Assembly: GCA_964503335.1 (NCBI GenBank)
Contig: CAZCZZ010000002.1
Span: forward strand, 50,164-114,163
Direction of reading: 5' to 3'
Source of the DNA: an uncultured Verrucomicrobiota bacterium
GTDB lineage: Bacteria > Verrucomicrobiota > Kiritimatiellia > CAIVKH01
DNA: 64,000 nt
Made by a program: the position numbers and the translations under genes. A model generated the notes under the pieces. The model did not search any database and was not told the DNA's origin. It worked only from the letters and a program-made list of their open reading frames with translations. Numbering within the stretch: the stretch's first letter is position 1; every line of letters begins with the position of its first letter. Positions 1 through 8,600 of the stretch are shown piece by piece.

Positions 1-685
1 TCGATCAAACCTATGGGTTTTTCCTCCTCAAACCTCACACGGGTGGGGTGGGCGCGGGGCTGGAACGTGCCAGGTGGCGATCTTTCACTTTGCCACGGTC
101 GCGGATCTTCTCGAGAAAGCGGTGGAGGAGAAGGGGTCGTTAAGCCTTGGCATTACCCCTGCGCATTCGCAGCGTCTGGCGCGCCTTGTTGATGAATTGA
201 AGCCCCACTACGAACGCATGACGGTCAAGAGCCTGCTCGTGTTCCAGCGGGCGCTGCTGGACTTGACGCTGCTCGCCTTGGACCAGATTCCGGAGGAACC
301 GTCGGAGATCAAATCCGATTTCGCCCTGCGCAAGACCGACGCGGTTATGACGTGGTACATCGAACACATGGAGCAGCAGCCCAAGCTGGAAGAGGCTGCG
401 AAGGCTGTCAGCCTGTCGGTTCGCCATCTCCGCCGCCTCTTCCAGGAAGCCCGCCGCGAAAGTCCGCAGGAAGCATTCACGCGCCTGCGCGTGCAGCGCG
501 CGATGGACCTGTTGTCGCAGACCGACCGGAAGATGGACACCATCGTCGCCGCGTGCGGCTTCTCCAGCAGCAGCGACTTCTGCCGCGTCTTCAAAGCCCG
601 CCGCGGCATCAGCCCCGACCAATGGCGCCGCCAGATCCTCCGCGGCTGCAACGAATCCCACAGGGTAGAGTTCACACGGACCTGA
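1..685 (+). CDS. AraC/XylS-family transcriptional regulator, 5'-partial. The frame is open to the window start, GTG at 74 is the first possible in-window start, and the HTH_AraC domain lies at the C-terminus.
   Basis: Translation contains the AraC signature '...LRRLFQEARRESPQEAFTRLRVQRAMDLLSQTDRKMDTIVAACGFSSSSDFCRVFKARRGISPDQWRR'. There is no in-frame stop between nt 2 and 74, and 203 aa is short for the family, so the N-terminal sensing domain is probably upstream of the window. Confidence 0.75.
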   Translation, partial: RSNLWVFPPQTSHGWGGRGAGTCQVAIFHFATVADLLEKAVEEKGSLSLGITPAHSQRLARLVDELKPHYERMTVKSLLVFQRALLDLTLLALDQIPEEPSEIKSDFALRKTDAVMTWYIEHMEQQPKLEEAAKAVSLSVRHLRRLFQEARRESPQEAFTRLRVQRAMDLLSQTDRKMDTIVAACGFSSSSDFCRVFKARRGISPDQWRRQILRGCNESHRVEFTRT

Positions 686-687
686 TG

Positions 688-790
688 TGCCCACGGAGGT
701 CACGGATAGCACGGATGGGAAGGTCAGAGTCTGATGTAGGACTTATCTGAATTCGGAACACCCTCTTTATCCGTGACCTCCGTGGGCAAG
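688..790. repeat. MITE-like palindromic element, copy A: 21-bp terminal inverted repeats tgcccacggaggtcacggata / tatccgtgacctccgtgggca separated by a ~60-bp internal segment.
   Basis: Read directly: the arms at 688-708 and 770-790 are perfect reverse complements. The element starts 3 nt after the araC-like stop codon (683-685). Confidence 0.7.
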
Positions 791-837
791 CATCTTCTCT
801 GCTCAGAAGCAATCGCGTCGGTCATTCCTGAAATGAA

Positions 838-1212
838 TCAATCGTCGGGCCAGACGGACAGGTTGATTCGGTCGTAGGCTCCGCGTTTTGCGTCCTCGGG
901 GTGCGGTTCGATGGCGAGTATGGTGATTTCACCTCTATGGGGGCCATAGGCCCAGAAGAGTCGTCCGGCGGCTGGCGTGTTGTTTTCCAAGTACGATTGC
1001 CAGATCTTGAATCCGTGTCGGCGGGACAAGGGTTCAATTTCGTGGGTACCCAGACCGGGATGTCGGGGGTTTGCTTGCAGATAACCCAGGGCTTTAGTCA
1101 GCCGCTTGAAGTCCCTTGCCTCATCCTTGCCGAGGATGCCTTGGTCGTAGCGTCGCGTCAGATTCTTCCATAGCGCGTCCATGCCGGGGATGCCCATTCG
1201 TATTTTGAACAT
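838..1212 (-). CDS. Putative type II toxin-antitoxin toxin (RelE/ParE-superfamily-like; family assignment uncertain).
   Basis: 124-aa ORF placed 10 nt downstream of a small AbrB/MazE-like ORF on the same strand, which is the classic antitoxin-then-toxin order. The C-terminal 'GEITILAIEPHPEDAKRGAY' resembles the RelE/ParE C-terminal 'V.ILRV.H.R.D.Y' motif. Confidence 0.5.
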   Translation of the reverse strand: MFKIRMGIPGMDALWKNLTRRYDQGILGKDEARDFKRLTKALGYLQANPRHPGLGTHEIEPLSRRHGFKIWQSYLENNTPAAGRLFWAYGPHRGEITILAIEPHPEDAKRGAYDRINLSVWPDD

Positions 1213-1222
1213 CGGCGCGTTC

Positions 1223-1477
1223 CTACAAATACTTCTTCAATGCGATGGGGGCGGAAGCTTTTCCCTTCTTGAAGTGTCGCGCCGCCTGATCCAGCGTCTT
1301 CAGCGCTTTTTTTGAGACTAATTCCGGCGGAACCAATACTCGCGGCTCCAGCATCACGCGTCCGTTCTCATAGACTTTGACGGCGTAGTACTCCGACGCT
1401 GCCTCACGCAGCGTGATTCGACCCTTGGAGTCGAGGTGGGCATCGTATTCGCGCACAATAGTCTGTTTCATCGGCAT
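1223..1477 (-). CDS. Putative antitoxin with an AbrB/MazE/SpoVT-like swapped-hairpin fold (start MPMKQTIV at 1477; the ORF-track start at 1585 is probably an upstream extension).
   Basis: 85 aa with 'DSKGRITLREAASEY', matching the d.kGRvtiP loop of the AbrB/MazE fold. It ends 10 nt before the toxin ORF, and an operator-like palindrome sits just upstream. Confidence 0.5.
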   Translation of the reverse strand: MPMKQTIVREYDAHLDSKGRITLREAASEYYAVKVYENGRVMLEPRVLVPPELVSKKALKTLDQAARHFKKGKASAPIALKKYL

Positions 1478-1483
1478 GCCTTT

Positions 1484-1519
1484 CGCGTCTTGTGGTGGGA
1501 ATTCCCACCGCAAGACGCG
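1484..1519. promoter_or_regulatory. Putative TA operator: 17/18-bp inverted repeat cgcgtcttgtggtggga|attcccaccgcaagacgcg centred on a GAATTC site, 7 nt upstream of the antitoxin ATG. Candidate -10 (1520-1525, tacagt on the minus strand) and -35 (1542-1547, ttgcaa) lie just upstream.
   Basis: Palindrome read directly from the sequence. Its position overlapping the promoter/RBS is typical of autoregulated type II TA operons. Confidence 0.45.
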
Positions 1520-1624
1520 ACTGTATGGCAATGTTGAGCTGTTGCAAGTAGCGATTGTCCGTCCCGGGAGGTGTTTGGAACTCAAGAGGTCAGGAAGAGC
1601 TTCTTGACGACCGAAAAGGAATAT

Positions 1625-1729
1625 TGCCCACGGAGGTCACGGATTGAGAGGATGTTCAGAATTCAGAGAAGTCCGAATTCAGGCTCTGATCTTCCAATCC
1701 GTGCTATCCGTGACCTCCGTGGGCAATCA
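1625..1729. repeat. MITE-like palindromic element, copy B: same ~100-bp element as 688-790, in inverted orientation.
   Basis: Arms ttgcccacggaggtcacggat (1625-1645) and atccgtgacctccgtgggcaa (1709-1729). The internal segment is the reverse complement of copy A's internal segment at ~80% identity, including 'agcacggat(g/t)gg' and the 'gaattcgga' core. Confidence 0.7.
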
Positions 1730-1788
1730 ATCTCTTCTACTGTCCGTGTCCGTTCGACAGGTTCACGGCAGGGTTCCGTGGGCAGATC

Positions 1789-2433
1789 CTACTCGTTCCG
1801 CGCCGGAGCGTTGAAGGTGCGGTCGCCGGCGTCGCCGAGGCCGGGGACGATGAAGCCGCGGTCGTTCAGCTTCTCGTCGATGACGCACATATAGATCTGG
1901 GTGTCGGGGTAGGTGTTCTGCACGACTTTGACGCCTTCGGGGGCGGCGATCATGGAGAGCAGTTTGACGTTGCGCACGCCCCACTTGAGAACGGCCTTGA
2001 TGGCGGCGACGGCAGATCCTCCCGTCGCGAGCATGGGGTCGAGGATCATCGCAACTTCCACGGCGCCGCCGTGGGGGAGCTTCTTGTAATACTCGACGGG
2101 TTGCAGCGTCTTCTCATCGCGATAGAAACCGAGATGCCAGACCTCAGCCTCGGGAATCAGGTCAAGGACCGGATCCACCATGCCGAGGCCGGCGCGGAGA
2201 ATGGGCACGAGGCCGATTCGCTCGCCGAGGCGTCGGCAGGTTGTCGTGGCGAGCGGTGTTTCGACGGTCTGCGGCTTCAGTTCCAGATCCTTTGTCGCTT
2301 CGTACGCGAGAAGGGTGGAGAGGCGGCGCACCAGGCGGCGGAATTCGGCGGACGACGTGGACTTGTCGCGGAGCACGGCCAGGTGATGCTGGACCAGCGG
2401 ATGATCGATCTCGAACACGTTGTCCATGGCCAT
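1789..2433 (-). CDS. upp: Uracil phosphoribosyltransferase.
   Basis: The 214-aa translation from MAMDNVFEIDHPLVQHHL aligns along its whole length with Upp, including 'VPILRAGLGM', 'DPMLATGGS' and 'IPGLGDAGDR'. A GGAGGA Shine-Dalgarno sits upstream of the ATG at 2433; the ORF-track start at 2526 is an upstream extension. Confidence 0.9.
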   Translation of the reverse strand: MAMDNVFEIDHPLVQHHLAVLRDKSTSSAEFRRLVRRLSTLLAYEATKDLELKPQTVETPLATTTCRRLGERIGLVPILRAGLGMVDPVLDLIPEAEVWHLGFYRDEKTLQPVEYYKKLPHGGAVEVAMILDPMLATGGSAVAAIKAVLKWGVRNVKLLSMIAAPEGVKVVQNTYPDTQIYMCVIDEKLNDRGFIVPGLGDAGDRTFNAPARNE

Positions 2434-2662
2434 AAGGACTCCTCCCGCTCGCACGCGCTGGCGCAAGTGCTTGGTAGATAGCTTGTTTAAGTCCTGTTTT
2501 CGAGAGCAAAAAGAGGCCCCGATCAAATGCGTTTCAGGCTAAACAAAAAAGAAACAATTAAAACGTTTCTCCTAAACAGCCTCGGCGTTGGCGCGTACGA
2601 TTGAAACGCTTGACATTGGTGTCTCAGGGGATGCCGGGTCTGGCTCGACTTAACCGGTTGAT

Positions 2663-5600
2663 GTGAGGACTCTTGTGAAGAATATGGGATATGTCTTGCG
2701 CGGTGTGGTGATGGGTTTTGCGGGGGCAGTGCTCCTTGCCAGTCCCGTCAAAGCCGAAGTGATCCTGCAATTCTTCAACAATTCGTGGAACGAGATCACC
2801 GAGAAGCTGCCCGAGATTGCCGAGGTGGGTTACACCGCGCTCTGGCTCCCGCCGCCGCAGAAGGCCAGCGGTGATCTTTCCGTCGGGTATGACCTTTGGG
2901 ATCCCTTCGACCTTGGCAACAAGTCGCAGCGCGGAGGCCGGACGCGTTATGGCAACGAGGATGACCTGCTCCGCCTGATCGAGACGGCGCACCGCTTCGG
3001 CATCCGTGTCTATTTCGACAACATCATGAACCACCGGGCGTTCGACATTCCCGGCTACAACGAATTCACGCCCATCGACATCTACCCGGGCATGCTTCCC
3101 GAGGACTTCCACCTGCGCGTGACGGAGGACGGCTTCTATCGTCCCTGGGGCGACACCGCCAACTGGGGCAACACCTGGGAAGTGCAAAACCAGTTTCTCT
3201 CCGGCCTGATCGATATCGCCCACGAATCGCCGAACAGCAACTTCGGGCCCACGCTGGGCTCCACGCATCCCAAGATCCAATTTGTCCGCCATCCGCAGAA
3301 TCCGGAGTATTACGACTATCACCCCACGCTGGGCTACGTCGGCTTCGGCAATACGAACATCACGACGACGCTCATCACGAACAACCCGAACTTCTTCAAG
3401 GAAGACGTCGGGGGCTACATGATGCGCTCGGTGCGGTGGCTGATGGATCGCACGAAGGTGGACGGCCTTCGCCTCGACGCCGTGAAGCACGTGCCAGCCT
3501 ACTTCTTCGGCGAGCAGTGGGCATCGGGCAAGGACACCAACTCGGCAGGCTATTGCGGCCAGGCCCAGTGGCAGTTCAACAAGACCCGCGGCTTCAGCGA
3601 TGCGAACCACCGCGACACGGTATTCGACTCCGAGCAGCCGCGCGACGATGCGATGATGTTCGGCGAGCACATGGGTGAGCCGCCGCCTTACGACGAGTAC
3701 TTTGCCTCCGGCATGCGCCTCATTGACGCAAAGATCCACCAGACCCTGAATGACGTGCTCGGCAATCCGGGCCGCACGCTGCTGGGGCTGGAGAACGACG
3801 GCTATTCCGCGGGCTTCCAGTTCGGCGCCTATCTCGGCGTTCCGTATGCGAAGAGCCATGACGACGCCGTGGCCTATCGCGAGGAGTTGCACAACGCGAT
3901 CAACCTGACGCGGCGCGGCCTCCCGAACATCTATACCGACGGCAACCGCCAGGCCGAAACACTCGGTGAAAGCGGCGGCGCCTTCCCGCGTCACGCGAAC
4001 ACCAAGCCCTTCGGCCAGTTCGGCGACAACCGCATCCCCAATCTCGTCTACATCCACAACCAGTTTGCGCGCGGCGACCAAGTCGGGCGGCAGACGGACG
4101 GCGATGTCCTTGCCTACGAACGTCGCGACAAGCGTGAGAACTGGGACATGAGCAATGCCGAGGGCACGACGCTGCTGATGCTGATCAACGACAACTATGC
4201 GGGCGGCCAGTATCGCGAAATCCCGACCACGTTCCCCGATGGGTCGTGGCTGTGGCAGTACTCATCAGCCGGTCCCGGCTTCTACTACAAGGTTACGAAC
4301 GGGCAGGTTAGGGTGACCACGCCGCCCGGCGGCTACTTCGCCTTCTCGTGGCGCAATCCCGAGGCGTCCGACCTTTGGGGCTCGGCGGGTGGTCGTCCGC
4401 TGCAGATTTACCAGAACGGTCAGGAACCCGGCTTCATTTCGTATGTGCGCAAGGAAGGTCCCGACGGTGATCCTGCGTTCAACCCGTACGGCGTGTTCGA
4501 TTCCAACAAGACGGACTTTGCCTACACCTACTATGTGCCGCGCGTGACGACGGCCACGAACCTTCGCTTCGCCGCGCGCGTGGACGGTTCCGCCTACAAT
4601 GTCATGATGAAACTCGACGGCGGCGTGCCGATGAACACGGCGAGCCACGGCGGCGGCGATGCGCGCGACAATCCGCCGGCGCTTTCGTCGGATGTGTATC
4701 TCGGCTACGAGCAGGCCGACTTCAAGCACCGCATCCATCGCGAGAAATTCGCGGCGCGCAATACGATCAGCAACAACGTCATCGGGTCCGGCGGCGCCGA
4801 GACCTACACGTTCACCGTGGGTGTTTCCAACTACGTGATCAATGCGGGCATCACGAACAAGGACAGCGACCTTGAAACGGCGGAATTTGTCTATCACGAC
4901 CCGAACGGTTCCACCGACCACGGCTATTCGCAGTTCTGGCCGAAGCCCGAGAACGCGGCGGGCGGCGATATCTACGTGTGGGCCAAGGCCGGATTCAGCG
5001 GCGAAGTGAACCGCGTGTTCATGTACTACACGACGGACGGCATTTCCTGGCCTGAGGGCGCGGGTGGCGAAGGCACCGGCAGCACGAAGGTCAAGGAGAT
5101 GACGCTCGGCTTCACGACGAACTTCCAGTCCTGGTACACGACCGCCACGCCGATTCCCGGCGTCGCATCCGGAACGGTGTTCCGCTACAAGATCGGCGCT
5201 TATCGCGAGCAGGGCTACCTCGGCGCCCCGTGGGTTGTGCGCTTCCCCAACTCCGAATACGACATCAACAACAAGAAGAGCATGATGGGCGTCTGGCAAT
5301 TGACGAATGTCAACGTGTCGTCGTCGGTCTATCGCCCTCACAACGACTACGGCATGAGTACGACCGGCCTCGTCGAAGGATTCCACACAATCAGCGCCCG
5401 GGCCTTCCTGCAGCGCGAGGGCTCAGCCGGCGGCAACGGCAAGATGTCCGCGATCTACAACACCCTCCAGCAGACGTTCTACCTCGACACGAAGACGCCG
5501 GAAGGCGAGATCAAGTATCCTGTCGAGAACGAGACGCTCTTCGACAACCGCTACGGTGCCGTCATCCGGACGGATCCGACCGTGACCGAGGTCTGGTACA

Positions 5601-8600
5601 ACATCCTCGACAACAACGCGCTGAACGACGACGGGCAGACGGGACAGTCCCAGGGCAATGGCACGAACGCCCTTGGCCAATCGTCATGGGTCAAGGCGCA
5701 GCGCGTGACGCCGACGATCGGGCTTATCAGCCAGTACCCGCTGGAGTGGCGCCTCAACTACAACAACGTCGCATCGAACGGAACGGCCGCGATCCAGGTG
5801 AAGCTTGCCGAGTTGTCTTCGTCCACCAACCCGCTGCTCTCCGACGTATCGGGCCACTTCCGAACGCTGACCCGCAATGTCAACGCGAATGGTCCTGCAT
5901 ACTCGATGTTTGTCGGCTGGCCGCAGAAGGACGGGGACACGGTCGGCGTGCCCTACAACATGAAGCTCTACTTCAGCCAGGCGCTGTGGAACTCCGACGA
6001 AGAGACTATTCGCAACCGCTTCCTCATCACGATCGACGGCGTGGCGCAGGGCCGCAGCGGCTACGACCTGAACTGGCAGGCCGGGCCGAACGGCATGCAC
6101 GAACTCGCATTCGACCTTCCCGACCTCTACAACGGCGATCCGAACTACCTGCATGAAATCGTCATCACGCACACCAACGCCGGCGGTGGCGGCATCACCT
6201 TGTACGGCAGCCGCTATGTGAAGGCTGCGAAGTCAACGACCGGCGCCACGGTCACGATTGTGGATCCGCCGGAGTTCAACCTCGACGGCGCGCCGTATGC
6301 GATCGTCCTGCCCGATGTGCCGAACCCCACGGCTCAGCAGCGCCAGTATAGCATCCGCGTACAGACGGATTCATCGGCGAAAAGCGTCTGGATTGAATTC
6401 ACGAACTCCGTGGGCTTCACAACGTCGATGCCCGGTTCGACCAATGCCCTGACCGGCACGGTCGCCGTCGTAGCGGGCAGCGCGAACGTGGTCGGGTCCG
6501 GCACGCTCTTCGACAGCCAGGTCACGGTCGGCAGCATCCTGCGCATCAGCACCAACCTCGCGATGGTATCGCGAATTGACTCGGCCACGAACCTCGTGCT
6601 GCGCGAGCCCTATCCCGGTCCCACGGCGGGCGGCTTGTCCGTCGATGTCGTTACAGGCAATCCGCTGCGAAATGGCAGCAAGCTGTTTTGGAACTTCTAC
6701 TGGACGAACATCACCACGGCGGGCTCCTACACGCTGATCGCAAAGGTCGATACGAACAACAATCCCTCGACGGTGGAGGCACAGGCCAGCCGGACCACGC
6801 GCGTCGTCTTCCGCGACTCCGTGTCGGGCGACATGGATTACGATGACGATGACGACGGCTTGATGGACGCCTCCGAGCTTGCGAGCACCAACCTGCCATC
6901 CACGAATCCGGAAACCTGGAACAACGGCCAGGTCCACATCTGGTACGTGTACGGCAAGACGGACCCCATGCTGCCGGACACGGATGGTGACGGACTTCCC
7001 GACGGCCTGGAAAGCGGCTGGCGCGGTGCCGATCCGGGCAACACGCAGACGAATACCGACACGAACGGCGACGGCTTCCCGAACTTCCGCGGCGACCGCG
7101 ACCCGCCGTTCTTCAACACGGTTCCCGATAACTGGGACGTGCCGGACTACAACTTCAACGACAGCCGCACGAAGCTCATCGCGGGATCGATGACCGATCC
7201 CAATAACGCAGACAGCGACAGCGACGGCCTGCCTGACGGGATTGAGGACAAGAATCGCAACGGTTGGGTGGATGGCGATGGCCTGGGACTCGGACCCGAT
7301 GATCCGAAGTCGGCGCGCCCCAATGCCGGCGACTGGCCCGACGGCATCGAGCAAAGCTGGGAAACATGGAGCGAGACGGATCCGAACAACTCGGATACCG
7401 ACGGCGACGGTGACGTCGATGGCCACGGCGAAGACAAGAACTTCAACGGCCGGATCGACGGCGACGCCAATTCAAATCGCGTGTGGAATGCCGGCGAGCT
7501 GTGGATTGAGACGGATCCCCTGAACGCAGACACGGACGGCGACGGCCTTCCGGACGGCTGGGAAACGCGCTACGGTCTCGATCCTTGGGACAGTGGCATC
7601 ATCGGTCAGATCAACCGCCGCACAGGTGCGACCATCACCAACGCGCTGAACGGAGCCGACGGCAACCCGGACGGCGATGTGATCGTGGTCGGCATCGCGA
7701 CGAATCCGTACAGCAATATCCTCGAGTTCCAGAATTCGACGCATCCCTTCATTACGGACAATGGCTCGCAGCCTCCCGCCGGCTCCGTGGTGATAGGACG
7801 CGGCCAGGTCCTGGGCGTTCTGGGCGGCGTCACGAACTACCAGGAATTCACCGAGTGGACGGCGGACGACCTGCTCGCCCTTGACGAATACGAAGGCGAT
7901 GGATTCAACGATGAAGGCGGCGACGTCAACCCGTCCTGGGTTGATATGGGCAACAACAACTGGCAGTTGGACGGCTTCGACACGTCGCGCGACATCGTGG
8001 CGTTCTATGCTCGCGACGGCGGGAACTCCGACGGGAAGTTCTACTTCCGCCTCGACTTCAATGACCTCCAGGCCTTTGCCGAAGACACCTATCTCGACAT
8101 CTACGTGGTCATCGACACGGGACAGCCGGGCGTCGGCGAGGTGAATCTGCCCGACGACGTCGATCTCACGACGGACATGAAGTGGGAGCTCGTTGTTGCC
8201 GCCTACAAGAGCGGACAGGGTGCCGTCTACGTCGATACGGATCACATCAACAACACAACCGCCGAGGGGCAGGCCTTGGATGCATCTGTCGGTGTCATCC
8301 GCCGCGATCAATCCACCGCCTCGGGCTTCATTGATGCGTACTACAATTCCGAGATGGATGCCGTCGAATTCTCCATCAGTCGTCAGGCCCTGATCGACGC
8401 GGGCTGGAATGGCCTGAATCCCGACACGCTGAACTACCAGGTGTTCGTCACAAAGGACGGCACGTGCAACTCGTGCGGCGCGGGCGGAAAAGCCGGTCCG
8501 GGCGATCTCGGCGGCCGTAACGATATTCGCGACACGATCTATGACGACGGGCTTGCCGAGGACAAGGGTGACAAGCAGGCGGGCATCGATGACATCCTCC

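Noticed and set aside
140-750. Overlapping ORFs 140-712 (-), 208-675 (-) and 352-750 (+) across the araC-like gene.
   Set aside because: They overlap a CDS with a clear AraC HTH signature and have a low-complexity Arg/Pro-rich composition typical of off-frame translation.
688-1729. Possibility that the two palindromic elements are integron attC sites flanking a TA gene cassette.
   Set aside because: No R''/R' core sites (RYYYAAC / GTTRRRY) are present, the two copies are in opposite rather than the same orientation, and no intI or attI is nearby. MITE/REP-like elements fit better.
2527-2662. AT-rich hairpin gaaac-aattaaaac-gtttc and a TTGACA hexamer at ~2614 as a specific promoter/terminator call.
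   Set aside because: This is a divergent upp/amylase promoter region, but the -10 elements are too weak and ambiguous to call a specific promoter from sequence alone.
2624-4081. Long antisense ORFs inside the giant genes (for example 2624-4081, 7472-9409, 18284-18599, 35724-36890, 50000-50914, 53921-55585) and inside sucC (61014-62234).
   Set aside because: They are Arg/Ala/Gly/Val-rich with no motifs, lie entirely antisense to strongly supported CDSs, and are expected frame artefacts in ~60-65% GC DNA.
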